Shown here: one piece after another, positions 1 through 10,089 of the stretch
Layout of the letters: every line of letters starts with the position of its first letter
Position numbering within the stretch: position 1 is the stretch's first letter
Source of the DNA: an uncultured Vampirovibrio sp.
GTDB taxonomy: Bacteria; Cyanobacteriota; Vampirovibrionia; Gastranaerophilales; Gastranaerophilaceae
Direction: 5' to 3'
Length of the DNA stretch: 64,000 bases
NCBI GenBank assembly: GCA_910577515.1
Contig: CAJTLW010000006.1
Location: forward strand, 46,799 to 110,798
The notes under the pieces: model-generated
The model's database searches: none
What the model was told of the DNA's origin: nothing
What the model saw: the letters and a program-made list of their open reading frames with translations, nothing else
Position numbers and translations under genes: made by a program

Positions 1-428
1 AAATATACATCACCATCCGCCTCGTAAGCATAGCCATTTTCAATCAATTTTTTCACCATAGCAATCATTTCCCCGATTGTTTTGGTGGCAAATGGCTCTA
101 CATCCGGATTTAGGGCATTTAATCCTTTAAGAGAATTTTTAAAACTTTGATAAAATTCTTTTGTGATAACTTCAGGCAAAACGCCTGCTGCATCTGCTTT
201 TTTAAGAATTTTATCATCTACATCTGTTACATTTCTGCAATAGGTTACATTATATCCTGAAAATTTCAAATAACGGTATAAAACATCCCAGGTTATATAA
301 CATCTTGCATGCCCCAAATGTGCCTTGTCGTAGACCGTAGGGCCGCAAACATACATATTAACGGCGCCCTCTGTTTGGGGCTTAAATTCTTCTAATTTTT
401 TTGAAAGAGTATTAAAAAGTTTTAACAT
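1..428 (-). CDS. cysS: Cysteine--tRNA ligase, N-terminal portion (gene continues past window start)
   Basis: Manual reverse-strand translation from ATG at 428-426 gives MLKLFNTLSKKLEEFKPQTEGAVNMYVCGPTVYDKAHLGHARCYITWDVLYRYL... It has the class I HIGH motif (HLGH) in the CGPTVYD context typical of CysRS. It is not in the ORF track because the window edge cuts it. Confidence 0.85.
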   Translation of the reverse strand, partial: MLKLFNTLSKKLEEFKPQTEGAVNMYVCGPTVYDKAHLGHARCYITWDVLYRYLKFSGYNVTYCRNVTDVDDKILKKADAAGVLPEVITKEFYQSFKNSLKGLNALNPDVEPFATKTIGEMIAMVKKLIENGYAYEADGDVY

Positions 429-492
429 ACCTTTGATTTTACTACAAATTTTTTTATAGTAAAATAGCTAATGGAATAAATCAGAATTACAA

Positions 493-1800
493 ATGAAAGA
501 CGAGGAAAACGTGGAAAATACGGTGGTTGTAGGCGCACAATTCGGCGATGAAGGTAAAGCAAAAATTACAGACCTTTTAGCACAAAATGCAGATGTCGTA
601 ATCAGATATCAGGGCGGCTCAAATGCAGGCCACACGGTTGTTTACAACAACAAAAAATACAAATTCCACCTTATCCCTTCAGGAATTTTATATGAAAATA
701 AAATCTGTTTTTTAGGCGCAGGAGTAGTGATTAAGCCGGATGATTTTAAAAAAGAGCTTGACGAATTAATTGAAGAAGGCATCCCTGCTGAACGTTTTAA
801 AAAAGCGCTAAAAATCAACCCCTTAGCGCACATTACAATGCCGTGGCACACAGAGGTTGACGGATATTCTGAAAGCACTTTGGGCAAAAACAAAATCGGC
901 ACCACAAAAAAGGGTATAGGCCCTACTTACACTGATAAATACGCCCGCACGGGCATCCGCGTTGAAGATTTGTTTAACGAAGAAACCCTAAAAACCAAGC
1001 TGGATGTGATTTTACCCTTAAAAAACAAAACTCTTGAAAAAGTTTACAATCTTAAAACTTATACAAAAGAAGAAGCGCTTGAAATTTGCAGACAATACAG
1101 GGAAATTTTTGCACCTTATGTTTGTTTTGAATGGCAAAAAGTGCTTGATGACGCTAAAAGAAACAAAACAATCCTTTTCGAAGGCGCTCAGGGCGTGCTT
1201 TTAGACATAGACTACGGCACATATCCTTACGTTACAAGCTCAAACCCTGTAGGGGGCGGAGCAGGCGTCGGCGCTTCAATGGGGCCTCTTGCGATAAAAG
1301 AAGTTATAGGGGTGTTTAAAGCTTATATCACGCGTGTTGGCGAAGGCCCTTTTGTAACTGAATTAACCGATGAAACCGGCGCAAAAATTCAGAAAATCGG
1401 TGCTGAATTTGGCGCAACAACTGGCAGACCAAGGCGCTGCGGCTGGTTTGACGCTGTTATAGCAAAGTATAGTGTACTTGTTGGCGGAATAAGTTCAATC
1501 GCCCTTACAAAATTGGATGTTTTTGACACATTCGATGAAATTAAGCTCTGCACAGCCTATAAAAACAGGATAACAAATGAGGTTACGGAATTTTACCCGA
1601 CAAATGTTTACACACATAAAGACTATGAACCTGTTTACGAAATTTTTAAAGGCTGGATGTCAGATACTACAAACATAAAAGAATTTGATATGCTTCCAAA
1701 TGAAGCAAAAATCTACCTTAAACGCTTGGAAGAAGTGTGCGGCGCACCGATAAAAATAATAAGCACAGGCCCCGACCGCACCCAAACTATGTTTAGATAA
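493..1800 (+). CDS. purA: Adenylosuccinate synthetase
   Basis: 435 aa. Signature blocks GAQFGDEGKAKITD, GGSNAGHTV, TTKKGIGPTY and GTTGRPRRCGW are present. Confidence 0.95.
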   Translation: MKDEENVENTVVVGAQFGDEGKAKITDLLAQNADVVIRYQGGSNAGHTVVYNNKKYKFHLIPSGILYENKICFLGAGVVIKPDDFKKELDELIEEGIPAERFKKALKINPLAHITMPWHTEVDGYSESTLGKNKIGTTKKGIGPTYTDKYARTGIRVEDLFNEETLKTKLDVILPLKNKTLEKVYNLKTYTKEEALEICRQYREIFAPYVCFEWQKVLDDAKRNKTILFEGAQGVLLDIDYGTYPYVTSSNPVGGGAGVGASMGPLAIKEVIGVFKAYITRVGEGPFVTELTDETGAKIQKIGAEFGATTGRPRRCGWFDAVIAKYSVLVGGISSIALTKLDVFDTFDEIKLCTAYKNRITNEVTEFYPTNVYTHKDYEPVYEIFKGWMSDTTNIKEFDMLPNEAKIYLKRLEEVCGAPIKIISTGPDRTQTMFR

Positions 1801-1863
1801 ATTACACAATTTTGTAACAAAAAATTTTATTCAGGTGTTTTTAAACAACTGAGGATAAAATTT

Positions 1864-2508
1864 ATGAGAATAACAGGAATTTTTTCAAATTATACAAATA
1901 ATTTAAACTTAAACTTTGATGGAAGACACAAAAACAATGCAAGAAAACCGGTGTCTGAGCCGCAATATCAGGATGTATTCGTACAAGAAGCCGGTAACAT
2001 TACAAAATTTTATTGCGGTGATTCAAAGACAACCGAAGTTATCTATAAAAATAACAAACCATATAAAGATGTTTACTATGATACCTATGGAAAAGCACAA
2101 TGGGTAAGGACTGCTGACGGCTCTTTCGATATGGCAAGAAACCCTTGGCATGAATGGAAAAAAGCACCATATATAGAATTAACAAAAACAGAAGATGGTT
2201 CTACAACAAGAATGTATGTAAAACCGCCGGTTGAAGCAAAAGATGACGCGGATGGCGAAAGAGGTTCTTTTAACGTATCTATAACGGATGATGAAACAGG
2301 TATCTCAAAACGTGCTTCATTATACATTGAGCCGGATGGCACAATTGAAACCGATCATCAAGAAAATCTGCCGCTTCTGAAAAATGCACTTATAAGGCTT
2401 TTAATAATTATATTAGACGATGAATATAAAGAAGGTTTTGGAAGTTCAAATGTATTTAATGAAGGCGTTAAAAAGGCTATTAAAATTCTGGACGAATGGA
2501 ATTGTTAA
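1864..2508 (+). CDS. Hypothetical protein
   Basis: 214-aa ORF in a tight gene array. I recognised no motif. Confidence 0.5.
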   Translation: MRITGIFSNYTNNLNLNFDGRHKNNARKPVSEPQYQDVFVQEAGNITKFYCGDSKTTEVIYKNNKPYKDVYYDTYGKAQWVRTADGSFDMARNPWHEWKKAPYIELTKTEDGSTTRMYVKPPVEAKDDADGERGSFNVSITDDETGISKRASLYIEPDGTIETDHQENLPLLKNALIRLLIIILDDEYKEGFGSSNVFNEGVKKAIKILDEWNC

Positions 2509-2518
2509 GACAAGCTTT

Positions 2519-3133
2519 TTAAAGGGCTTCAAGGATTTCAAGAAACTTTTTAACATCGTTTGTGATAATTAAATCAGGGTTTTTTATAACAAAATTCTCT
2601 AAAATCCCTCTGGCGGGAATGATTTTACCTTCTTTAGCGTAAATTATTCCGATAATTATGGCGTTAAATGGGTTTGCATTGATATTTTTCAGTAAAAAAT
2701 CTCTCCTTGATGCTACTGTACCCAAAAGTTCGTATGTTCTAACCAGATTTTTATAATATTCAAACTTCATACAATCCAGTTGAATTGCCCTCTCGAAACA
2801 GCTTTCAGCCATCATAGTAAAATCTGCATCTGCTCTTGTTAAATTTCTTCCCCTTTGAATTTCCCCGAAAACAAGATACACTTTTCCTAAATTATTATAA
2901 TATACGGCAGTAGACTGGCTGTTTGGGTTTAGAGCAATTGCCATCTTAAATTCTTTAAGTGCTGCAAAATAATCTTGTTCTTTGAAATAATTTGCGCCAC
3001 GCCTGTTGTGCCAGTTGGCATTTTTTGCAGCATCTACAGGCGGAACAATTGAAACCTCTGTCAAATCTGCTTTTACAGGATTTACCCAAACAAAAGCTAG
3101 AAATGCCAAACATAAAATAAATATTTTCTTCAT
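2519..3133 (-). CDS. Secreted TPR-repeat protein
   Basis: N-terminal signal peptide MKKIFILCLAFLAFVWVNPVKA, followed by TPR-like A/Y/N-rich helical repeats (AIALNPNSQSTAVYYNNLGKVY). Confidence 0.6.
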   Translation of the reverse strand: MKKIFILCLAFLAFVWVNPVKADLTEVSIVPPVDAAKNANWHNRRGANYFKEQDYFAALKEFKMAIALNPNSQSTAVYYNNLGKVYLVFGEIQRGRNLTRADADFTMMAESCFERAIQLDCMKFEYYKNLVRTYELLGTVASRRDFLLKNINANPFNAIIIGIIYAKEGKIIPARGILENFVIKNPDLIITNDVKKFLEILEAL

Positions 3134-3135
3134 AT

Positions 3136-4062
3136 TTATATATTAATTTCCAAATTCTCTTTGGCAAATTCCGCTTCAGGCGCCAGCTTTGAAAACTCTT
3201 TTTCAAGCATATCCAAAATCCCATCATCATAATTCGGGTCATAATGGAAGAAGAACAACCTTTTTGCTTTTGCAAATTTTGCAGTTTCAAGTGCCATATT
3301 AAAGGTAGAATGCCCAAATCCCTGCTTTGGTAAAATTGGTGAAATGTAATCCTGGTGTGTATATTGGGCATCATGGATTAAAACATCGACACCATGCGCA
3401 AATTCAATAAATTTCTTATCACACCCGATATAACTTTCTTTATCTGTTGCATATACAAGGCTTTTTCCCATATATTGAATTTTTATAGCTAAAGAACCGT
3501 CTTTAGGATGTGCCGTTGTTTTATAAACAGAAATAACCACATCTTCTCTGTGTTCATCAATATTAAATTTGGAGGTTTCTATAAATTCTTTTTTGCCATC
3601 AGGCTGAATGATTAAAACATGCTTTAATTCAAAATCATAAACATTAAAATTTGAAGGAATTTCATTGATGGATACCGGAAAAACCCTCTCAAAAAGAACG
3701 TCATTCAAATTGTCTTTCAGGCTTTTTGAAGGATGTGAAAGCCCGTAAACATCAAGGGTTGTGGTCGGAATAAACAGAGGTGAAAAAAATTGCAGCCCCT
3801 GAATATGGTCCTGATGAATGTGGCTTAAAATCAAAGTAGCACTGATTGGCGTTCTTGAATATAAATCGGTGCCGGATAGAATATGTTCCTTTTGCAAATC
3901 CCGCCCCAAATCTATAATGCCTGTGCCTGCATCTAAAATAATAAGATTTCCGCCGGCAAAAACTTCAACACAGCTTGTGTTTCCGCCATATTTTAAATGG
4001 CTTTGCTTTGCTGTCGGGTGCGAACCGCGCACACCCCTGAATTTTACTTTAATTTCCTGCAT
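3136..4062 (-). CDS. MBL-fold metallo-hydrolase
   Basis: HxHxDH motif (LSHIHQDHIQG) with downstream His/Asp ligand positions. 308 aa. Confidence 0.75.
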   Translation of the reverse strand: MQEIKVKFRGVRGSHPTAKQSHLKYGGNTSCVEVFAGGNLIILDAGTGIIDLGRDLQKEHILSGTDLYSRTPISATLILSHIHQDHIQGLQFFSPLFIPTTTLDVYGLSHPSKSLKDNLNDVLFERVFPVSINEIPSNFNVYDFELKHVLIIQPDGKKEFIETSKFNIDEHREDVVISVYKTTAHPKDGSLAIKIQYMGKSLVYATDKESYIGCDKKFIEFAHGVDVLIHDAQYTHQDYISPILPKQGFGHSTFNMALETAKFAKAKRLFFFHYDPNYDDGILDMLEKEFSKLAPEAEFAKENLEINI

Positions 4063-5389
4063 TTTCTTGTAACTGTTTTTCTGCTTCTTTATTAATCTTT
4101 TCTTGTTTTTTAAGGTCTTCTCTTAAAGCTTTATCCTGCGCTTTTTCAAGCTTTTTTGCTTCTTTTTCTTGCTGTTTTAAAGCTTTTTCCTTAAGCTTTT
4201 GCTCTTTTTTAAATTCGTCAGCTTCAAGCTTTTCTTGTCTTTTTAGTTCTTGGGTTTTAAGCTTTTCTTGTTTTTGAATTTGAAGCGCATCTTGCCTCAA
4301 CTGCCTTTCAGCTTCTTTTTGCGCCTGTTTTTCTTCTTTTTGAATTTGCTTATCTTCTTTAGTGGGTTTTGGTGCCTTTTCTTTTAAATCATTGTTGTTA
4401 TCTTTTGATTTTCTAATTGTAATAACAGTTTCCTGATCAGAAGGCAGCCCCCTTAAAGTAGCTGATGCTATTACATTTAACTTGCTTTGTTTGCGCACAT
4501 CTTCTAAATTAGTAACCAAATATTTAAAATTAAATATAGTTCTATCATCATAATCTGTTATATTTACATACCGGAAAGCATTTGGATAAGTCACTAAAGA
4601 CGGTGTGCTAACATGGATAATATTACCTTGCTGTTTAATTTTTGCCGCATGGTAATGCCCTGAAAAGATTGCAATCGGCGTCTTTTTATACTGTTTAATG
4701 ATTTCCATATAGCTTTCATCATTAATAATTTTATGATGTTCAGATTTAAAAGGCTCCACCACGGGATGATGTTCAAAAATAAGAATAACTTTATCTTTAT
4801 GCCCTTCAATTTCATCTTTTAAAAATTGTGCCTGTTCATCGGTTAACCTGCCGTTTGATGTTATAACACCATCAATTGTTGTATCTAAAACTATAACCCT
4901 ATACTGGCGTCTTGGTGAAAAAGCATAGTAGCTTTTATCAAAGATATAAAAAGGGTTGCATTTTTTTATGATTGAAATTGCCGTATCTTTTGAAATATAA
5001 GGCGGTGCATCTGCTCCTAAATCCTTCATCTGCGCCATATCATGGTTTCCAAATGCAGATAATGAAGGGTATTTAAGCTTCGTTAAAAGTACAAAGAAAT
5101 CTCTATAAGAATTCTTTAATGGTTCATTTACAAGGTCACCTGTAAACATTACAAAATCAACATGTTTTATATTATTTACCTGCTCAATTGCATCTTTTAA
5201 AAGGGCTTTTGAGCTTGAAAGCACTTTATATGAAGTATCTTCACTATCTGAGATATGGGTATCCGAAATTTGAACAAAGTTCAATTCCATATCTTTAAAG
5301 GAAAAATCTGCAAACGCCTTTTCCCCTTGGGCAAATGTTATAAATGCAAAGAGGAAAAGTGCTAAAAATTTAACAACTATCTTTTTCAT
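4049..5389 (-). CDS. Secreted metallophosphoesterase with C-terminal Lys/Glu-rich tail
   Basis: Signal peptide, then calcineurin-like motifs (QISDTHI, TGDLVNE, GNHD, GHYH). The last ~110 aa are a K/E/Q-rich low-complexity, coiled-coil-like tail. Confidence 0.7.
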   Translation of the reverse strand: MKKIVVKFLALFLFAFITFAQGEKAFADFSFKDMELNFVQISDTHISDSEDTSYKVLSSSKALLKDAIEQVNNIKHVDFVMFTGDLVNEPLKNSYRDFFVLLTKLKYPSLSAFGNHDMAQMKDLGADAPPYISKDTAISIIKKCNPFYIFDKSYYAFSPRRQYRVIVLDTTIDGVITSNGRLTDEQAQFLKDEIEGHKDKVILIFEHHPVVEPFKSEHHKIINDESYMEIIKQYKKTPIAIFSGHYHAAKIKQQGNIIHVSTPSLVTYPNAFRYVNITDYDDRTIFNFKYLVTNLEDVRKQSKLNVIASATLRGLPSDQETVITIRKSKDNNNDLKEKAPKPTKEDKQIQKEEKQAQKEAERQLRQDALQIQKQEKLKTQELKRQEKLEADEFKKEQKLKEKALKQQEKEAKKLEKAQDKALREDLKKQEKINKEAEKQLQENAGN

Positions 5390-5404
5390 AACTTTTTATC
5401 TTTT

Positions 5405-7294
5405 TTATGCTATTGATTCAAGTTTTATTAATAACTCACTGTTTTTTGCAGCAAATTCTGCCCCTCTTGCCTTAATTGCATATATTAAAGCAAGCGGTAA
5501 ATTAAGCGCATCACCACATTCAAGGTGTCTTTCATAATAATCTTCAAAATTATCAGGGAGCCTTAGGGTCCAATTCGGGTCACCTGAAGTTCCCGGACGG
5601 TTGTACACTTCGTTTATTCCAAAGAAATCCGTAAAGAAAATTTGGATATTTTCATTCTTTGCAGCAAAGATTTCAACCAGTTTCGAAAATGCAAGGAATT
5701 TTTCATCTGTATAAAGTTTTTCCCTGATTTCATCCCTGTTTTGAACATTTGAGTATAAATCTTCCATTAAATTATCCACATGCGGTGTCAATTCAGGTTT
5801 TCCCATCATTGATTGCGCCCACATTCTAATCGGCTCATTGTCATGGGTTCCAACCATTGCCCATGAGTTTTCCGTAATATTAGAACATCTGTAGGCATGG
5901 TCTTTTTCTTCTGCTACAACAAACTGTACAAGCTTCATGCCTGCAAGCGCGTATTTTTCCATAACACGAACAACAGGATATGTAAGGGTTCCAAGGTCTT
6001 CAGCTACAATTGCATCTTTATCAAGACCTGCTTCAACTGCCGCTGCTATAACAATTTTCTCTATTGTTCTGCCATATTTTTCAACCTGAGCATCGTCAAG
6101 CTGTCTTATCCATTTTTCTTTATCAGGTTCAACAGAGCCATCTGTATCTTCGCATCTTGCAATTGAATATCTTGATAATTCAGGGTGAAATGGTGAAGAA
6201 TAAAGTCTTCCTGCCCCTTCTTCAACCTTTGGAAGAGCGCCTTTTTTGTAAACCCAAGGGTCAATAAGCCCTACAGTATGGTCGATTCTAACCCCGCCCG
6301 GGTTTTCTTTGAACATTTTTAAATAAAGTCTGTATAAGAGTTTGCCGGCTTCCCCTAAAGTGCCGTCTTCATTAAACATTTTATCAGGGTCAACTACAGA
6401 AAAGCCCCAAGCTTGTCCGTCTTCAGAAAAATAATCCGGAGGACAGCCAAGACACCAGCCATCTAAAAACAGGGATTTATAAGCCCAATTGTCACGGTCA
6501 GAAAATGCAACTTGTCTATCTGCAATCATTTTAAGGTTTTTAGATTTTGCATATTCTCTTGTTTTTTCGCTTTGAAGAGCGGTCAGAAATTGTGCAAGCT
6601 TATATTTTCCAATAACATCTTTATATTTTTCATTTAATTCTGCAATTCTTGCATTAGCTTTATCTCTATCCCAGGTTGAAAAAAGGTCGCGGTCAAGTTC
6701 GTTGTCCCATTGCGGCCAGTAATCCGAATTATGTTCAATGCTTAAAGCTTCATATAAAGCATCATTATCAAGCCAGTATGCATTTTCTTGTTTAAAGTTT
6801 TCAAAGTCTTCCTTGAATTTAGCAGAAGCATTTAAATTAAAGTTTTCATAAATTTCTTTCATTGCTTCATCCAATACTTCGATTGAATAGCAATAAGCCG
6901 CCTTATTTTCATAAATATTAGGATTTTCTTTAACAATTTTTTCCAAAGATACAGCAGATAAAAGGTTTTCATATTCTCTTGTTGTTAAGGAAACTAAATC
7001 CAAAAACAAAGGATTTTGTGAAAAAACAGTACCTGTATATGGTGAAGAGTCGCTTTTTTTGGTTTTGCCGTTTGGCCCTAATTGAATCGCATTAAACATA
7101 TCAGATGCAAAATCCATTAATTTTTTTGCCCCGTTTGAATTATATGTTCCAAAGCCTGTATTTTCACCTTTTGTGGAAGGGAAACTAACCCCGTGCAAAA
7201 TTAAAGCCATATTCTTTTTATTTAAAGCACATAAAGCTTCTTTAACGATTTCTTTATACCTTGAATTTATTTTCTTGTCTTCTGTGGTTTGCAT
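5405..7294 (-). CDS. malQ: 4-alpha-glucanotransferase (GH77 amylomaltase)
   Basis: 629 aa. GH77-like blocks are present (QLGPNG...SPY, RIDHTVGL, AEDLGT, GTHDN). Confidence 0.8.
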   Translation of the reverse strand: MQTTEDKKINSRYKEIVKEALCALNKKNMALILHGVSFPSTKGENTGFGTYNSNGAKKLMDFASDMFNAIQLGPNGKTKKSDSSPYTGTVFSQNPLFLDLVSLTTREYENLLSAVSLEKIVKENPNIYENKAAYCYSIEVLDEAMKEIYENFNLNASAKFKEDFENFKQENAYWLDNDALYEALSIEHNSDYWPQWDNELDRDLFSTWDRDKANARIAELNEKYKDVIGKYKLAQFLTALQSEKTREYAKSKNLKMIADRQVAFSDRDNWAYKSLFLDGWCLGCPPDYFSEDGQAWGFSVVDPDKMFNEDGTLGEAGKLLYRLYLKMFKENPGGVRIDHTVGLIDPWVYKKGALPKVEEGAGRLYSSPFHPELSRYSIARCEDTDGSVEPDKEKWIRQLDDAQVEKYGRTIEKIVIAAAVEAGLDKDAIVAEDLGTLTYPVVRVMEKYALAGMKLVQFVVAEEKDHAYRCSNITENSWAMVGTHDNEPIRMWAQSMMGKPELTPHVDNLMEDLYSNVQNRDEIREKLYTDEKFLAFSKLVEIFAAKNENIQIFFTDFFGINEVYNRPGTSGDPNWTLRLPDNFEDYYERHLECGDALNLPLALIYAIKARGAEFAAKNSELLIKLESIA

Positions 7295-7332
7295 AATGCA
7301 GCCTTCTCCTCCTAAATAATATATAATTTAAA

Positions 7333-8010
7333 TTAATAACTTGTTAAGCCCCGTTTTTGCAGATATTCTCTTACATTATTCAAGGCACTTTGCACAATTC
7401 TTGTAATTCTGGAGCTTGAAAGCCCGACCATTTGTGCAATCTGCTTCACCTGCATATTACGGTAAAATCTGTATTCCACAATTGTTCTGTCTTTTTGCGG
7501 CAATGTAGCAATGGCTTCTCTTATAACCCGCCCTAATTCCGTAATTTCAGCTTTTTCATCAGGCGTTGCAGATGTATCTTTAATAAAATCAAATGGTGAA
7601 TCTGTATCAGATGAAGCGGATGCTATTGAATCAATTGATAAAATTGTTTCATAAATGGCCTCACGCACCTTATTTGGCGACACATCAAGGCTTGAAACAT
7701 TGTCTCCTGAAACCTCTTCACCTTCTTCAGAGGCTTCTTTTTTATGCTTCAAAGTATACCATTTATATCTGTTTCTAAGCTCATTCCTTATTGCCCATCT
7801 TACAGCCGTTGCAATATAAGATGTATTATATTTTTCTAATTGTTCATCGGTTTTATTTTTAATTAAAGCTTGAATTGCAATAATGCCGATTGATACAAGC
7901 TCCTCACATTCAACCATGTGTGCAGGAATTCTTCTGTATTCAACCCTTGCAACTTTTTGAATTATATCAATATAATCTTTTAATCTGTTTGATTGCAATT
8001 TTAGCGCCAC
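7333..8010 (-). CDS. RNA polymerase sigma factor, sigma-70 family (FliA/sigma-28-like)
   Basis: 225 aa, GTG start. Region 2 (YIATAVRWAIRNELRN) and region 4 HTH (VKQIAQMVGLSSSRITRIVQSAL) are recognisable. Its size and the nearby flhB suggest the flagellar class. Confidence 0.6.
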   Translation of the reverse strand: MALKLQSNRLKDYIDIIQKVARVEYRRIPAHMVECEELVSIGIIAIQALIKNKTDEQLEKYNTSYIATAVRWAIRNELRNRYKWYTLKHKKEASEEGEEVSGDNVSSLDVSPNKVREAIYETILSIDSIASASSDTDSPFDFIKDTSATPDEKAEITELGRVIREAIATLPQKDRTIVEYRFYRNMQVKQIAQMVGLSSSRITRIVQSALNNVREYLQKRGLTSY

Positions 8011-8135
8011 ACTTTTACCACAGTATACAATTTTTCTATACTGATTTTACTATTTTTCTAACCTTTTTGCAAATACAAACCGGAGCATACCCACCGTATG
8101 GAGTAGTGTATTTTAACTATAAACACACTCGTTAA

Positions 8136-8885
8136 CTAATAAAGAAGGTGGTATGGCAGAAAATCTAAGTCGTAAGGGTCACCATTCACTCCCAAAGGAT
8201 TTTGAAAACCCATACCTAAATCACTTCCATAACCATAAATGCTCTTTGAATAATCATAACTTGGAATACCGCCTAAATCTGTTCCCTGATATGGAATAAA
8301 ATCATCATATTTAGGAGTAAACATTTGCTGTACTAATTTATCATCCATAAGCCCCTCGGCATCTGCTGTCATTCCTGTTGTTTGAATTGCAGCGCCTGGA
8401 TATGGCATATAAACATCATCTTTTAAAGGTGCAGTGCCGGATTTTGCTTGCGATACCTGTGCTGTTTTATCGGCAGTTCTATTTACTTTCATTCCTCCAA
8501 ATAATTTATACGCATCCATCTGTCTTTGAGATGTGGTACCTGCAGGAGATGTATTACTTGTTAAAACCATTGTAACAGGCTGTGTTTCAGATGTATTTTG
8601 AATATTTACGGCTGCACTTGAGCCTTTATCTTCAACTGCTTGCGCTGCAGCCGTAGTTGCTTTATTAACAGGAGCCTCACCTGAAGCAGCAACCTTAGAA
8701 TTTTTTCCTCTGTTTAATAACAATATTCCAGCACCTATAGCGGCAAGCCCGCCCAAAGCAAGAAGAATTTTGGAGGTATCAGTTTTATTATCTTTAACAT
8801 TATTTTGTTCTGAATTACCGGTTTTGTTGCCAAATCCAATGCTTCTTTGCACCGGCTGATTAAGATAAATTTTTTCAATATTCAT
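8136..8885 (-). CDS. Hypothetical single-pass membrane protein
   Basis: One TM segment (ILLALGGLAAIGAGILLL), then a Thr/Ala/Gly-rich region and a Tyr/Asp/Gly-rich C terminus. No recognised domain. Confidence 0.5.
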   Translation of the reverse strand: MNIEKIYLNQPVQRSIGFGNKTGNSEQNNVKDNKTDTSKILLALGGLAAIGAGILLLNRGKNSKVAASGEAPVNKATTAAAQAVEDKGSSAAVNIQNTSETQPVTMVLTSNTSPAGTTSQRQMDAYKLFGGMKVNRTADKTAQVSQAKSGTAPLKDDVYMPYPGAAIQTTGMTADAEGLMDDKLVQQMFTPKYDDFIPYQGTDLGGIPSYDYSKSIYGYGSDLGMGFQNPLGVNGDPYDLDFLPYHLLY

Positions 8886-8991
8886 ATTTTATTTCCAAAA
8901 TAGACTGTATTCATTTAAAACACCGAAATATATTTTTTAAATAACTAAAATTGCCAATTCACAATTATTTACAAAAGGATATGCCATTCTG

Positions 8992-10086
8992 TTATTTATC
9001 TTCATCCTTCACAACACCTTTAATATCAGGGGTTTTCTTTTTCAGCTTATATACAAAAATTAGAATTTCAGCAACTGCTTTATATAAATCCGGAGGAACT
9101 TCATGGTTTATTTCTACAAGCCTGAAAATTGCCCTTGCAACAGGCGGATTTTCAATTACAGGAATGTCATGCTCCTGCGCTATTTCTTTTATCCTCTTTG
9201 CAAATAACTCTGTACCTTTTGCAAGCAATTTCGGGGATTCCATAGTTTCGGCATCATATTTTAAGGCACAGGCTATATGTGTCGGGTTTGTAACGACAAA
9301 ATCAGATTCCGGCACCATATCCATCATAGATTTTTGCAATAATTGCTGCCTTTTTTGGCGAAGTGCTGCTTTTACATGCGGGTCGCCTTCAGAGTTTTTA
9401 TACTCATCCTTCACCTCTTTAAAACTCATTTTTTGATCCTGCATAAATTTCCACTTTGTAACCCCGTAATCTGCTGCAGCAATAATCAAAAAAGCAATCC
9501 CCGCCTTAATAATAAAATCTACAATTAATTTACCGAAGGCAATTAAGGTTGCAAACTGGTTATCCACAGCAGCCAGCATCAAAATGGAGGGAAAATGTTC
9601 CATATATACAAACCAGCCTATAAGACCCAAAATCAAAACCTTTGCAATGTTTTTAACAAGTTCAAACATAGTTTTTGGACTGATTAAGTTTTTAAAATAT
9701 TTTGTTGGGTTTAATTTATCAGGTTTTGGTATTAAAGGAGTAATTGTAAATAAAGGCCCTACCTGAATTAAATCTCCTAAAATTCCCATAAACCCGGCCA
9801 AAATTAATATCGGAAGAATAATTAAAAACGTAGGAATTAATGTGGAGGTTAAAATATACATATACCCTATTTTATCAAGATGGGCATTAGGAATTTGTTC
9901 ATAAAGCTTTGCATAAAGTATTGAAATTTGATTCCATATAAAAGGGCCAAGCGCATAAATAGCTGAAAACATCACAATAAGGGCAATTGCCATTGAAAAA
10001 TCCTTAGATTTTACAACCTGCCCTTCTTTTCTTGCTTTTTGAAGCTTCTGGTGCGATGCCTCAAACTGTTTATCTTCATCTCCCAT
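8992..10086 (-). CDS. flhB: Flagellar biosynthesis/type III export protein FlhB
   Basis: N terminus EASHQKLQKARKEGQVVKSKD, four TM segments, and the NPTH autocleavage motif (VVTNPTHIACALKY). Confidence 0.85.
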   Translation of the reverse strand: MGDEDKQFEASHQKLQKARKEGQVVKSKDFSMAIALIVMFSAIYALGPFIWNQISILYAKLYEQIPNAHLDKIGYMYILTSTLIPTFLIILPILILAGFMGILGDLIQVGPLFTITPLIPKPDKLNPTKYFKNLISPKTMFELVKNIAKVLILGLIGWFVYMEHFPSILMLAAVDNQFATLIAFGKLIVDFIIKAGIAFLIIAAADYGVTKWKFMQDQKMSFKEVKDEYKNSEGDPHVKAALRQKRQQLLQKSMMDMVPESDFVVTNPTHIACALKYDAETMESPKLLAKGTELFAKRIKEIAQEHDIPVIENPPVARAIFRLVEINHEVPPDLYKAVAEILIFVYKLKKKTPDIKGVVKDEDK

Positions 10087-10089
10087 TGA

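Noticed and set aside
2955-3374. 139-aa ORF overlapping the ends of two minus-strand genes
   Set aside because: It lies out of frame across the junction of the TPR and MBL-fold genes, both of which have motif support.
8951-9436. 161-aa ORF on the + strand
   Set aside because: It is antisense to flhB. No motifs and an odd composition.
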